A DNA stretch of 64,000 nt, from the sequence record NC_054914.1. One strand, written 5' to 3'. Position numbers and translations under genes: made by a program. Below the pieces are notes generated by a model. The model saw nothing but the letters and a program-made list of their open reading frames with translations. It had not been told where the DNA came from and made no database searches. Numbering within the stretch: position 1 is the first letter of the stretch; each line of letters begins with the position of its first letter. Shown here piece after piece: positions 9,064 to 19,945 of this stretch. The DNA is from Escherichia phage vB_EcoM-fFiEco06.

Positions 9064-10383
9064 TCACACATAAAATACGTCATAACGACCACGGGTAACA
9101 CCAACATAAAGAAGTTGTTGAGCTAATTCAGCATCTGCATAATGAATGCAAGGCGTATAAATGAAAGCACGGTCTACAGACATACCCTGAGCTTTATGGA
9201 ATGTTGATGCAGGAAGTGCTTTCACTTTACTAAACTGTGATTTAGCATCCCAAAAATCACTCCATGGAGCTTTTCCGCCTTTGTTCCAATTTTTATAAGT
9301 TTCTGCCGTTTTACCTAAAAATAGGTTAAACTTATACAGTTCTTCATCAGATGAAATTATTTTAATCTTTTCACGATAATATTCATCATCGCCATAAGTT
9401 TCTACTGTTAAATCCCAATGACGAATTAGATATTCTCCAGGAACACCACGAGCTTTAACAAACGTCGATGTATACTCTGCTTCTATAATACGAACTAATT
9501 GTCCGTTATTAAAAATAATTTCTGACACAGGCTTTCCATCAATTTTATATGTTTTAATTAATGGTTCCTGCATTACAATAATTTCACCGACAATAAAATC
9601 TTTATCAGTTTCAAAAATCTTTTTACGAATAATGCTATTTAACTTGTCAACAGATTTATTCGTAAATGCCATTACGCGATTTTCAAACAAATCATCTAGT
9701 GATTTGACGATTGAAAAATAATTTACCATAAAATCGCGTAAAGCGGTATCACCAGTAAATCCACGTACTCCATGACCGTCAACAACTTTATCATAAATCC
9801 ACTTACCGTTGCGAACATCAGTAGCTACATCAATAATAGGAGCATTACTGCGTTTAACTTCAGTAAGTTCACACTGATAAAAATCTTTGTGTGTAAAGAA
9901 TGGACTGATATAAGCAGTATTTTCTCCTGGATCAACAGGTCTAATTTGCTTATTATCACCTATTCCAATTATAGTACACCAAGGTGGAATAGTTGAAAGC
10001 AGAATTTTAAATAGCTTTCTATCATACATTGACACTTCGTCGCAGATTAATACCCTGCATTTAGCTAAATCTGGTACTTCCTTCTGTTCAAAAAGAACGT
10101 TTTCTTCATACGTAACTGGGTTAATTTTAAGAATACTGTGAATAGTACTCGCTTCTTTCCCCGACAGTTTTGAAAGAATCTTTTTAGCTGCATGTGTAGG
10201 AGCTGCCAAAATGATACCAGTTTCGCCTGTTGATATTAAAGCTTCAATGATGAACTTAGTAAGAGTAGTCTTACCAGTACCAGCAGGTCCATTAATAGTT
10301 ACATGATGTTTCTTTTCTTTAATAGCCCTCATAACGATGTTAAAGGCATTTTTCTGGCCTTCGGTCAAATCATCAAATGTCAT
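9064..10383 (-). CDS. dda: Dda DNA helicase (SF1B)
   Basis: 439 aa; Walker A GPAGTGKTT; sequence recalled as T4 Dda. Confidence 0.9.
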   Translation of the reverse strand: MTFDDLTEGQKNAFNIVMRAIKEKKHHVTINGPAGTGKTTLTKFIIEALISTGETGIILAAPTHAAKKILSKLSGKEASTIHSILKINPVTYEENVLFEQKEVPDLAKCRVLICDEVSMYDRKLFKILLSTIPPWCTIIGIGDNKQIRPVDPGENTAYISPFFTHKDFYQCELTEVKRSNAPIIDVATDVRNGKWIYDKVVDGHGVRGFTGDTALRDFMVNYFSIVKSLDDLFENRVMAFTNKSVDKLNSIIRKKIFETDKDFIVGEIIVMQEPLIKTYKIDGKPVSEIIFNNGQLVRIIEAEYTSTFVKARGVPGEYLIRHWDLTVETYGDDEYYREKIKIISSDEELYKFNLFLGKTAETYKNWNKGGKAPWSDFWDAKSQFSKVKALPASTFHKAQGMSVDRAFIYTPCIHYADAELAQQLLYVGVTRGRYDVFYV

Positions 10384-10691
10384 CGTAAATTCCCTGCAAT
10401 TGGTATACTAACAATACGCCCAGTATCTAAAATTCGCTGATATAATCTTTGTGTGTCTACGTCAGGCTTAACATGTTTAACTTCTATTTTATTAAACCAA
10501 AACTTGCGTGGAGTCTCAACTAATCTTGGAATTCCCTTACCTAAAGCTAATCGATACTGCTCTTTAAGAGTAGTAAATACTTTATCAGCAATATTCCATT
10601 CAAAAAATACAGCAGGACGATGTTCATCAAGCGGAACTGGCGCCGTAAATCCGTCTTTGTCTCGGTAAACTATCGCATATACATAAACCAT
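10380..10691 (-). CDS. hypothetical protein
   Basis: 103 aa; ATGA overlap with dda. Confidence 0.6.
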   Translation of the reverse strand: MVYVYAIVYRDKDGFTAPVPLDEHRPAVFFEWNIADKVFTTLKEQYRLALGKGIPRLVETPRKFWFNKIEVKHVKPDVDTQRLYQRILDTGRIVSIPIAGNLR

Positions 10692-10692
10692 A

Positions 10693-11439
10693 TTATCCTC
10701 GGATAAGTTTAAAAATTGAACAATTTAGCGGATATCCTCTTTTCAGTTTAAGTTTATCAATAAAAGACAAGTTTTGATACCGCTCTACACCTTGAATAAT
10801 TTTATCACACATATCATATTGCATTTCTGCTTCTGACAACTTTTTCACAATTTTCCAATCCGAGCCTTTAAGAAGAACGTTCAATTTAACAACTTCAGCG
10901 CCTTCTGCTATGCGAGAACCATCAATACGAGCTTTAAGTGCTATAATCCTTAGCTTAATGTCAGAGGTCTGTTTTGATTTAGAAAGCTGAGAAATGTGTT
11001 CAATTCGGTTTTCACGTTTTTTCTGTATAGCTTTAATTTGATTATAAGTCTTTTTGATTTTAGCCCATTTCTTTTCATCTAAATTTAGTTTATGAACTTT
11101 TTTCGCAGATGAACGACCAATTCGCAAAGCAAATAAATCACGCTTTTCAATCAACTCCTCTAAAGTATAATCAGAACGAAATGTATTATACTTTTTCTTT
11201 ACTGCAATAACATTCCCTTTAATGTATCCAACGTTATTATCAAAACGTTCTAATGATAATTTCTCTCCTTCAATACGATTATCAAAAGGTTCTCCTGAAT
11301 AGGCACAAACTTTTTGTTCTAAAATATTCTTAATATAATTGAAGTCTAAGTTAAAATCTTTAGAACGTCTTTTTGCAGATGCCTGAGTATGCTCTAGACG
11401 ACGTTTAATTTTACGAATTTGGTTATTAGACAGCTTCAT
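10693..11439 (-). CDS. srd: Srd-like protein
   Basis: 248 aa basic protein; symbol by size and position upstream of dda. Confidence 0.55.
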   Translation of the reverse strand: MKLSNNQIRKIKRRLEHTQASAKRRSKDFNLDFNYIKNILEQKVCAYSGEPFDNRIEGEKLSLERFDNNVGYIKGNVIAVKKKYNTFRSDYTLEELIEKRDLFALRIGRSSAKKVHKLNLDEKKWAKIKKTYNQIKAIQKKRENRIEHISQLSKSKQTSDIKLRIIALKARIDGSRIAEGAEVVKLNVLLKGSDWKIVKKLSEAEMQYDMCDKIIQGVERYQNLSFIDKLKLKRGYPLNCSIFKLIRG

Positions 11440-11475
11440 ATTTTTCTCACATCTTACGGACGGTTAACTACTTAT

Positions 11476-11505
11476 ACTATAACATTTTTACCTTAACTTG
11501 TAAAC
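11476..11505 (-). promoter_or_regulatory. early promoter upstream of srd
   Basis: GTTTAC-N18-TATAGT on minus strand. Confidence 0.55.
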
Positions 11506-11562
11506 AACTTTATGTAAAAATGCTTTAAAACTTTCATGGTATAATGAATCTAAGTCCTTCCA

Positions 11563-12165
11563 TTATAGATTAAATCCTTCAAAATCAAGAGTATAGATAG
11601 TGTATGTTGAATACTTTTTGTACTCATATCTATCTGCAATTCTAAATACACTTCCAGCTGGTATCATTACTTCTTGTTCATCTGAAACTAATTCCATATT
11701 ACGATAACGATGGCTATCCGGAAACTTAAAGTTTGGATTGTATTCTTTACAACGTAGAGCTTTTATAGCATACTCCTGGAAATTGAATACCATAGGAGCT
11801 TTGAATTCAAAAATAACTTGTGTGTTATACTCTAAACCGGAAGCAAAATGTAGAGCTATATTTTTATCATATGAAGCTGATACGACTTTATCAAATGTAA
11901 TAATATCAATTCCTTGATTTAATACTTGCTTAGTCTCAGCTGGAACACCTCTCCAAAGAGGTTTATCGTTTGGTTCCAAACGAGATTTGATTATTTCATT
12001 TAACCAAGTATGGTCATCTGGTTTATTAGTAATACAATGAATTAAAAGTTCAATTTCAGATAAATTAAACCCTTCAGAAAGTAATTCTTCACGAATAGAA
12101 GCACGCACCGATGCATCCATTGATTTTATTTTAAAATCTTTTAGTTGCATTATTGAGTATTTCAT
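11563..12165 (-). CDS. modA: ADP-ribosyltransferase ModA
   Basis: 200 aa; R-S-E type ART signature (LWRGV, SASY, EQEVMIP); size matches T4 ModA. Confidence 0.75.
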   Translation of the reverse strand: MKYSIMQLKDFKIKSMDASVRASIREELLSEGFNLSEIELLIHCITNKPDDHTWLNEIIKSRLEPNDKPLWRGVPAETKQVLNQGIDIITFDKVVSASYDKNIALHFASGLEYNTQVIFEFKAPMVFNFQEYAIKALRCKEYNPNFKFPDSHRYRNMELVSDEQEVMIPAGSVFRIADRYEYKKYSTYTIYTLDFEGFNL

Positions 12166-12785
12166 TCAACTACCTCAATATCATAAACTTTAAATGTTCC
12201 AAATGAATCGTGTAATTTTTCTTTTGAAATAGAAGTTATTCTATACTTTCCAATTGGAATCATCCATTCTTGTTCACGCACAATCATCATTAAGTTATCA
12301 GTACGCTCTGAATCTAGCCCATCAGTATCTTCATACGTGTACTTAAACTCAGTATTAGGAGAAGAAAGTATAATATCGCTGATATGGTCAGAATAATTAA
12401 AAGCTTTATCAGTTTTTAAGCGAAATATTATTTCAGTGAAATACTCAACATAAGAAAAACCACATGCTGTGTGCAAACTAGTAGTAAATGAATCTACTCT
12501 GTTCGTTGAAAACACTTCTCCGACTTGTAAATCTTTAATGAGTTCTTTTGTCGATTTTGATATACCACGATATAGCTGATAAGGCGATTTAGTTAAATGC
12601 TTTTTAACGATTTTATTCAACTGCCGATGAAGAGCTTCATTCTTTTTGGCTTCCATACACTGCCAAAGAACTGACTGTTCAAAGTCAGTAAATTTTTCAC
12701 AGACCTTTTTGTACATATCATATTGAAAATCAACACTTTCAGCTTTTATAGATAACTGTTCAACATCTGCGAGATTAATAATCAT
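12162..12785 (-). CDS. modB: ADP-ribosyltransferase ModB
   Basis: paralog of modA (YRGIS, STN, EQEWMIP); ATG at 12785 gives 207 aa, track start 12797. Confidence 0.75.
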   Translation of the reverse strand: MIINLADVEQLSIKAESVDFQYDMYKKVCEKFTDFEQSVLWQCMEAKKNEALHRQLNKIVKKHLTKSPYQLYRGISKSTKELIKDLQVGEVFSTNRVDSFTTSLHTACGFSYVEYFTEIIFRLKTDKAFNYSDHISDIILSSPNTEFKYTYEDTDGLDSERTDNLMMIVREQEWMIPIGKYRITSISKEKLHDSFGTFKVYDIEVVE

Positions 12786-12811
12786 GATAGCCTCCATATA
12801 CTTCAGAAGCT

Positions 12812-12841
12812 ATCATATCATTGTTAGGAAGGAAAGTAAAC
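12812..12841 (-). promoter_or_regulatory. early promoter upstream of modB
   Basis: GTTTAC-N18-TATGAT; GGAGG Shine-Dalgarno follows. Confidence 0.6.
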
Positions 12842-12852
12842 AACTTTTTGAA

Positions 12853-13035
12853 TTATTTTGCCCAGGGAGCCCAAGGCGGAGGGTCAAGATGGTATGAAGC
12901 TAGTTCTTCTAGAAGAGCATCTGGGGCTTCAATTCCATAATTCTGTAATACTATACGGTACTCTTTCTTATAATCACTAGAATCATTCTGGGTATTCGTA
13001 GAATGATTATCTTCTAACATCTCAAATAAATCCAT
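12853..13035 (-). CDS. hypothetical protein
   Basis: 60 aa ORF. Confidence 0.5.
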   Translation of the reverse strand: MDLFEMLEDNHSTNTQNDSSDYKKEYRIVLQNYGIEAPDALLEELASYHLDPPPWAPWAK

Positions 13036-13043
13036 ATTAATTC

Positions 13044-13526
13044 CTAGCGATAAAAACCAAAATAACGATTAGCTTCAATAATCTTTCTTTCTTCTTCAGA
13101 TATTCTCCAGCGTAGTCCAACATCAAAATGAGCCCAGACCATCTTAACAAATGCATTTATATCTTTAATATCTTCAATAATGAATGTTTTACTTTTAGAA
13201 GGTTGACCTGCTAAATTAAGTGCTAATTTAACTTTATCGTCTTCAAACAGGGCAAAAAGACCATATTCATGAGCTCTTTTATAGCCTTTAATAGTTAAAG
13301 CTTCAGAAGAAGAAAACGGTGAATCAGTATTCTGTAAAATATCTTCAGTATGCTTTATAATTAGAATAACATTTTCTGGATATTTTCTTTCTTTTATATC
13401 TTTAATTAAAAGATCCGGATTTTCTGCTAAAGGAATAATTAATGAGCATTTTTTATCAAGTGCATTTACTGATTTACCTTCTTTAGACATAAATTCTATT
13501 GAATAATGTTTTGCTACTTCAATCAT
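13044..13526 (-). CDS. hypothetical protein
   Basis: 160 aa ORF. Confidence 0.6.
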   Translation of the reverse strand: MIEVAKHYSIEFMSKEGKSVNALDKKCSLIIPLAENPDLLIKDIKERKYPENVILIIKHTEDILQNTDSPFSSSEALTIKGYKRAHEYGLFALFEDDKVKLALNLAGQPSKSKTFIIEDIKDINAFVKMVWAHFDVGLRWRISEEERKIIEANRYFGFYR

Positions 13527-13683
13527 GTGATTTCCTTTTGCCTACTAATGGGCCGTCAGGAATTTTGTTTTCCTGGATATATTTCTCATTTTCTTCCATC
13601 ATTTTACTGCCAATTTTAAGAAGCAAATCCAGTGCTTCATTTGCTTTAGCCTTGGCCTCTTCTAGCGTCATATCTCTGTTCAT
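13519..13683 (-). CDS. small hypothetical protein
   Basis: 54 aa ORF not in track; ATGA overlap with upstream stop, ends just inside next gene. Confidence 0.4.
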   Translation of the reverse strand: MNRDMTLEEAKAKANEALDLLLKIGSKMMEENEKYIQENKIPDGPLVGKRKSHD

Positions 13684-13883
13684 GATTTATCACCATAGAT
13701 ATCTCTCATCAATTTAAGCGCTGAGCGTTCTAATTTCTTTTCTTTCTCAGCACTAATCATTGATTTCATCCATTCTTCTGATTCGTTCTGCATTTCTTTA
13801 TTTGCTTGTTCAACCCAACCATCATCAATATACATCGAATTTGGTCTATTGAACCATTCAAGCATCTTCTTCAGAGCTTTCAT
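13680..13883 (-). CDS. hypothetical protein
   Basis: 67 aa ORF. Confidence 0.5.
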   Translation of the reverse strand: MKALKKMLEWFNRPNSMYIDDGWVEQANKEMQNESEEWMKSMISAEKEKKLERSALKLMRDIYGDKS

Positions 13884-14355
13884 TTGTTTTACCTAAAACA
13901 ACAGTAGGAGCATCATCAAATTCATGAATTTTGAGCAAATTTGGATTTAACTTATTCCATAAAGAGGTAATAAAATATGATAGCGCACTTTCGTCCGTAA
14001 TTATAAATTTATTTCCTTTATCTATTTTCCAATCATATATTGAATCATATGAATAGAAGGATAACGGTTTATTATTATAATATGCTTCACTAACATCAAT
14101 ATAGTTAGATTTAGTAAATGCTTGAATTGCCATAAATGGAGAATTTTGTACAGTTTCAATAATTCCGATCTTTTTAAGTTTTATTTCAACATCTTCTGGA
14201 ATTGGCATTGAAATAAAATCTTCTACTAGATACATGTTATTGTCATATCTTTTATCAATCATTACTGCTACGGTAATTGGAACATCCTTGACAAACGCCA
14301 TACTAATACTATTGATAAACATTTCAAACAAAATTGCTTCCATAATTTTCCTCAA
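13858..14355 (-). CDS. hypothetical protein
   Basis: 165 aa ORF. Confidence 0.6.
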   Translation of the reverse strand: MRKIMEAILFEMFINSISMAFVKDVPITVAVMIDKRYDNNMYLVEDFISMPIPEDVEIKLKKIGIIETVQNSPFMAIQAFTKSNYIDVSEAYYNNKPLSFYSYDSIYDWKIDKGNKFIITDESALSYFITSLWNKLNPNLLKIHEFDDAPTVVLGKTNESSEEDA

Positions 14356-14690
14356 TCACAAGATGTAGATGAACAACTAGAATCACAAGAACTTCCACAT
14401 GAATCGCCCGTCCATACATGAACAGGAACATTAGTATCATATGAATCAGAACTAGACTGTGTATTCTGCGTATTAGATGATGTAGGTGTTGACCAACGCC
14501 AAGGATTTTTATAATATTCCTGGGCTTCTTCATAAGTCATAGTAACCGCTTCTACTGTTCCATCTCCCATATAAACATATTCAACTACAGTTAAAGGAAG
14601 GTAGTCATTTGAAATAGGAACTACACCTTCTCCGGGAGTTGTAGAGAAAAAATCCGTAAAGAAACTTTTAAACCAATTAAAGATAAACAT
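14352..14690 (-). CDS. hypothetical protein with Cys/Ser-rich C-terminal tail
   Basis: 112 aa; C-terminus [17 protein letters not shown]. Confidence 0.55.
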   Translation of the reverse strand: MFIFNWFKSFFTDFFSTTPGEGVVPISNDYLPLTVVEYVYMGDGTVEAVTMTYEEAQEYYKNPWRWSTPTSSNTQNTQSSSDSYDTNVPVHVWTGDSCGSSCDSSCSSTSCD

Positions 14691-14896
14691 TACAAAAAGC
14701 CTCTTTTGAATTCAACTTGCTTCTCGCCATAATCATATCGAATCTCTGCATTAAATTCAACAGAACCATCTGCGTACATCATAAATGAATGCACAACAAC
14801 TTCTGTAGACCATGGCTGTAGTTCATATTTCTTCATTACATGCCGTGAAATGATAATATCTAAATCTTCATTCGGTTTAATCCAACGATTTAACAT
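14690..14896 (-). CDS. hypothetical protein
   Basis: 68 aa ORF downstream of an early promoter. Confidence 0.5.
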   Translation of the reverse strand: MLNRWIKPNEDLDIIISRHVMKKYELQPWSTEVVVHSFMMYADGSVEFNAEIRYDYGEKQVEFKRGFL

Positions 14897-14922
14897 AGCG
14901 CTCTCCTCTATAAGATAATTCT

Positions 14923-14952
14923 ATTATACCATACTCATTTTGGAAAGTAAAC
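14923..14952 (-). promoter_or_regulatory. early promoter
   Basis: GTTTAC-N18-TATAAT on minus strand. Confidence 0.6.
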
Positions 14953-14962
14953 CATTTAAATG

Positions 14963-14988
14963 AAAAAAGGACTCCCGAAGGAGTCCTT
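14963..14988 (-). terminator. rho-independent terminator after soc (UUCG tetraloop hairpin plus U-run)
   Basis: RNA AAGGACUCC-UUCG-GGAGUCCUU followed by UUUUUU. Confidence 0.7.
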
Positions 14989-14994
14989 GAATTA

Positions 14995-15240
14995 TTAACC
15001 ACCAGTTACTTTCCACAAATCTTCGTTTGCAGCAATCCATTCAGTACGCTGATTTTCTTCATATACAGTAGTATATGCTGCTTTTTCTGAAGGGAACGTC
15101 TGGTAATGAGCACCAGAAATTTTGTGAACGTCAGAATAAAGAGGGAAAGCTACTGAAATTTCCTTTCCTTCAATTTTCTTATTTCCATCTAATTTCTGCT
15201 CAAATGTTTTGATATTAACATAACCGCGAGTACTAGCCAT
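14995..15240 (-). CDS. soc: small outer capsid protein Soc
   Basis: 81 aa; MASTRGYVNIKTFEQKLDGNKK recalled as T4 Soc. Confidence 0.9.
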   Translation of the reverse strand: MASTRGYVNIKTFEQKLDGNKKIEGKEISVAFPLYSDVHKISGAHYQTFPSEKAAYTTVYEENQRTEWIAANEDLWKVTGG

Positions 15241-15270
15241 GTAATTCTCCTTTTATTTAAATTACATGAT

Positions 15271-15278
15271 TATTTATA
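15271..15278 (-). promoter_or_regulatory. late promoter TATAAATA upstream of soc
   Basis: minus strand TATAAATA about 30 nt upstream of soc ATG, followed by AAGGAG. Confidence 0.6.
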
Positions 15279-15308
15279 ATAAATTCTCGCGGCTTTTAAG
15301 ACGAGCTG

Positions 15309-15827
15309 TTAATAACCTCGGTCTTGACGAGCGAAATTTTCAGCATTTTTCAGATAATAAAGTTTAAAGATTTCTTCAGCCGTAAGACCGAGGCCTTGGA
15401 ACATGTTCAGAACGAAATGAAGAATATCAATCATTTCGAATTTAATTTCCAACTGGTCTTGTGGAGACAAATCAGTAATCAGAGTTTCACGTCGTTCACC
15501 ATGTTGAGCTTTCCAAGGCTTCCATACAGCAGATGCATCTTTTTCACCATTGCTCATACCACCAAGAGAAGTCAGAAGTTCGCGGAATTCATCATCAATA
15601 TAATCTTTCTGATTACGCAGCCAATCAACAACTTCACCTGCAGTAGCCAAATCATCAGGATGACGGTTATATTCAGGTTTATCTTTAGCTAAACGAATCT
15701 GCAGAGATTTCTGCATGTCAAGCATTACCTGCAGCGGGTCTTTTTCATCACCGAGAATATCCCAATATTCATTTTGAGCTTTATCAGCGCCTTCGATCAG
15801 TTGACTACATTCGTTAAAGTAAGCCAT
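15309..15827 (-). CDS. 56: dCTP pyrophosphatase (dCTPase-dUTPase)
   Basis: recalled as T4 gp56; ATG at 15827 gives about 172 aa. Confidence 0.85.
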   Translation of the reverse strand: MAYFNECSQLIEGADKAQNEYWDILGDEKDPLQVMLDMQKSLQIRLAKDKPEYNRHPDDLATAGEVVDWLRNQKDYIDDEFRELLTSLGGMSNGEKDASAVWKPWKAQHGERRETLITDLSPQDQLEIKFEMIDILHFVLNMFQGLGLTAEEIFKLYYLKNAENFARQDRGY

Positions 15828-15887
15828 TATTTTTCCTTTCAATTCATCAATAAGTTAAATAATTATATCATTTGAGTATGTAAGCAA

Positions 15888-17227
<1,340 letters not shown>

Positions 17228-17252
17228 TATATCATCCTCAGCAATTTATTTT

Positions 17253-17282
17253 ATAATACCATAACAAGCTGAGAAAGTAAAC
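17253..17282 (-). promoter_or_regulatory. early promoter upstream of the 186-aa ORF and dam
   Basis: GTTTAC-N18-TATTAT. Confidence 0.55.
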
Positions 17283-17326
17283 AAATTTATGAAATTTGTG
17301 ATAAATATTAATTTAAAGGAGGACAT

Positions 17327-17527
17327 ATGGCACAAAAATTAATGGCACTTGTTAATGCCATAAAAGGTAATAAAAAACGTATAGCTTTTACTATTTCTGC
17401 TATGGTAGGAATTTTACTCTGGAACTTTATTTTATCACCAATTGCAATTGCGCATGGTGTTAATATTCCAGTAGTTACTCTTGATACATTCGTAGATCTA
17501 GCATTTGCTTTAGTTGGGTTAATTTAA
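17327..17527 (+). CDS. small hydrophobic membrane protein (plus strand)
   Basis: 66 aa; AGGAGG Shine-Dalgarno 5 nt upstream of ATG; two hydrophobic helices; convergent with primase. Confidence 0.55.
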   Translation: MAQKLMALVNAIKGNKKRIAFTISAMVGILLWNFILSPIAIAHGVNIPVVTLDTFVDLAFALVGLI

Positions 17528-18552
17528 ATCTTGGCATATTTAGATAACCGCATTTTAGCCATTAACCCCTGGGCAATATTATTTTTCATATATTCCATAA
17601 TTTGTTCAGGGGTTGCACCTTCCTTTCTAATCATATCATTAACATCTTTTGATTTCCAGGGAGATTTATCCCAAAACATAACCCTTTCTCCTGCATCAAC
17701 TAATTTAGTCATTCGCTTGATAGTGTCAGGGTGACGAGGCTCATTATCTAAAACCCACACTCGTCTATCTTTAAATGGAACAACTTCTAGGTCTAATTGA
17801 CCACCCGTAATAGCTATACCATTTTCAATAAAAAGTGAATCTATAGGTCCTTCTAGAACATATACATCACCATCTTTAACTCGTTCGACTCCATATATTT
17901 TTGTTGCCTCAGGATAAGCTTTGATGGTGATATATTTTTGAGGAGCATCTTTCTTTAATGCACGTCCTTGAAAAGACTCAGCTTTTCCATTAGCATTATA
18001 AATTGGAATAACAAGACGAGGCTCAGAAATTTCCTTTTTGTATGTTCCCGGTGCTATGCTATTAACTAATTTAGGCCATTCGGTTGTAAACCAAAGATAT
18101 TTCCATTTATCCTTTGGAATACAACGAGCTTTTACATATTTTATAATTGGATGGTCTTCCGCCAGTTTATCTAATCTAACACATGACGGAAGAGATTTAA
18201 TTATTTTCTTCTCAGGATGTTTAGGAAGTTCTTTAGGTTTTTCTACTGGACGACTTTTACCTTTTTCTTTTCTTATTTCAAAGATATACTCACGATATAA
18301 ATCAGGTTCAAACTCCTTTAAATATATTCCGATTGGCGCATGATAGTTACAGTTATAACAATGAATATTTCCTTCATTATTATCACCATAATACCATCCA
18401 CGCGCTTTATTTTGGTCGGTTTTTGAATCTCCACAAACTGGGCATCTAAACCGTAATTTAAAAGTTGAACTATTATTTACTTGTGTGAATTTAGGTAAAT
18501 GAGCTAATGCACGATATGCAAACTCATTATCAATCCAAGCTATTGATGACAT
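17524..18552 (-). CDS. 61: DNA primase
   Basis: 342 aa; zinc ribbon CPVCGD ... CYNC and Toprim region; recalled as T4 gp61. Confidence 0.9.
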   Translation of the reverse strand: MSSIAWIDNEFAYRALAHLPKFTQVNNSSTFKLRFRCPVCGDSKTDQNKARGWYYGDNNEGNIHCYNCNYHAPIGIYLKEFEPDLYREYIFEIRKEKGKSRPVEKPKELPKHPEKKIIKSLPSCVRLDKLAEDHPIIKYVKARCIPKDKWKYLWFTTEWPKLVNSIAPGTYKKEISEPRLVIPIYNANGKAESFQGRALKKDAPQKYITIKAYPEATKIYGVERVKDGDVYVLEGPIDSLFIENGIAITGGQLDLEVVPFKDRRVWVLDNEPRHPDTIKRMTKLVDAGERVMFWDKSPWKSKDVNDMIRKEGATPEQIMEYMKNNIAQGLMAKMRLSKYAKI

Positions 18553-18555
18553 TCT

Positions 18556-18720
18556 TTACTCTTCTTTTTCTTTAGATTCCTCTTTTTTCTTTTTAGGAAT
18601 CTGTTCAGGACCTTTATTTACTACAGCACCTGATGTTGTTCCAGTAGAGATATTTTCAGGATTACCACCTGAATCTCCAGCAACCATATCTTCTTTAATA
18701 AATTCTTTATATGTTTTCAT
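18556..18720 (-). CDS. small hypothetical protein
   Basis: 54 aa ORF not in track (MKTYKEFIKEDMVAGDSGG, lysine/glutamate-rich tail); closely spaced to flanking genes. Confidence 0.45.
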   Translation of the reverse strand: MKTYKEFIKEDMVAGDSGGNPENISTGTTSGAVVNKGPEQIPKKKKEESKEKEE

Positions 18721-18721
18721 A

Positions 18722-19078
18722 TTAACCTCTATTCATAAAAGCATTAAAAATTTGGTCATCAATAGATGGAATAGCAACCTTTTCGGCATCATTTAGCAAA
18801 TCATTAATTTCATCAGATAGCATAACACATGTGCCTTTATTTCCTGTAATTGTTACTGCACAATTACGAACGTTTTCTTTATTAAATTTTAGGTTAATAT
18901 TTTCGTAATGAAAATCCTTTAATGCTGAATATATTTTTAAAATAAAATTGTCTTTTACTACAATAAACCCAACCTCACTATTAAAACGTGGTTCATGGAA
19001 ACTGTAATAAACCTTTTCATCTATAAAATCGTATGAAATTTTTTCCATTTTTAAATATGAAAATTCAGAACTATACAT
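18722..19078 (-). CDS. hypothetical protein
   Basis: 118 aa ORF. Confidence 0.6.
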   Translation of the reverse strand: MYSSEFSYLKMEKISYDFIDEKVYYSFHEPRFNSEVGFIVVKDNFILKIYSALKDFHYENINLKFNKENVRNCAVTITGNKGTCVMLSDEINDLLNDAEKVAIPSIDDQIFNAFMNRG

Positions 19079-19090
19079 ACTAACCTCTAA

Positions 19091-19384
19091 TTACTCACCT
19101 ACCACTTCAGCGATGATATTTTTATTATTAAAGTTTTTATCGCAATACAGAACATAATTATACTGCATTACACCACCAGATTTAAGTTGTTTTTGCACTT
19201 CAGCTTTCATTTCAGGACGATCACGTTCAACGATATTCATAATATCCGCTTCAATTTGAATTTCAACTTCAGTCTGATCTGCAGTCATAGACCATTCGCA
19301 CAAATCTTTGTCATAACCCGCCATAGCAGGCTGAGCAGCGCAAGAAGATAAAGCAAAAATTGCAGCAAAGATAAATTTTTTCAT
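19091..19384 (-). CDS. sp: Spackle periplasmic protein
   Basis: 97 aa with signal peptide; size and position match T4 sp. Confidence 0.75.
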   Translation of the reverse strand: MKKFIFAAIFALSSCAAQPAMAGYDKDLCEWSMTADQTEVEIQIEADIMNIVERDRPEMKAEVQKQLKSGGVMQYNYVLYCDKNFNNKNIIAEVVGE

Positions 19385-19412
19385 GATAATCTCCTCAGTA
19401 GTTTATGTTTAT

Positions 19413-19442
19413 ATAGTATCTCAATTTCCAATAAAAGTAAAC
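19413..19442 (-). promoter_or_regulatory. early promoter upstream of sp
   Basis: GTTTAC-N18-TACTAT. Confidence 0.5.
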
Positions 19443-19444
19443 AG

Positions 19445-19702
19445 TTATTTTAAAACTTCTGCATAATCACATGTTACAAACTGTTTCTCTAACTTGGCGA
19501 TTTTACGAAAGTATCTTTTGCATTGACGAATCTGTCGCTTTGTAGGGCGCACAGCAAACTTAATAAATTCCACTCGACCAAATGGAGGGCTTTCTTCTGC
19601 CGGAATATCTAATACTAATTCCCACGTATCTGCAATAAGTGCTTTGAATTGAGTATTTTTCCTGACATTATACGGAGTAGGTTTAAATAAAACGATATGC
19701 AT
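19445..19702 (-). CDS. hypothetical basic protein
   Basis: internal ATG at 19702 has GAGGA Shine-Dalgarno and sits 1 nt after upstream stop; track start 19744. Confidence 0.5.
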   Translation of the reverse strand: MHIVLFKPTPYNVRKNTQFKALIADTWELVLDIPAEESPPFGRVEFIKFAVRPTKRQIRQCKRYFRKIAKLEKQFVTCDYAEVLK

Positions 19703-19703
19703 A

Positions 19704-19886
19704 TTATCCTCGGCAATCCACTTCACATACCTTCTTGTCATCAATGAAAGCTTTAACTAGTGCTTTATTAACTTCAGCATATTGAGTAGTAGCCCATTGA
19801 ACGTCATCTTTCATCATTGTGATCTCTTTAGTAAACATGCTTTCGTTCTTAAACCACCCCATAAAAACTACCTTTACCAATTCCAT
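19704..19886 (-). CDS. dmd: Dmd-like antitoxin candidate
   Basis: 60 aa ORF directly downstream of gene 41; symbol by size and position only. Confidence 0.5.
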   Translation of the reverse strand: MELVKVVFMGWFKNESMFTKEITMMKDDVQWATTQYAEVNKALVKAFIDDKKVCEVDCRG

Positions 19887-19915
19887 AACAATCTCCTCAT
19901 TTAACCAACAAGACT

Positions 19916-19945
19916 ACTATACCATAGTCTTGTCAGCTTGTAAAC
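19916..19945 (-). promoter_or_regulatory. early promoter
   Basis: GTTTAC-N18-TATAGT with palindromic spacer. Confidence 0.55.

Noticed and set aside
14324-14533. 69-aa minus-strand ORF in an alternative frame
   Set aside because: Nested inside the better-supported 14352..14690 frame; product is a histidine/leucine-rich low-complexity string.
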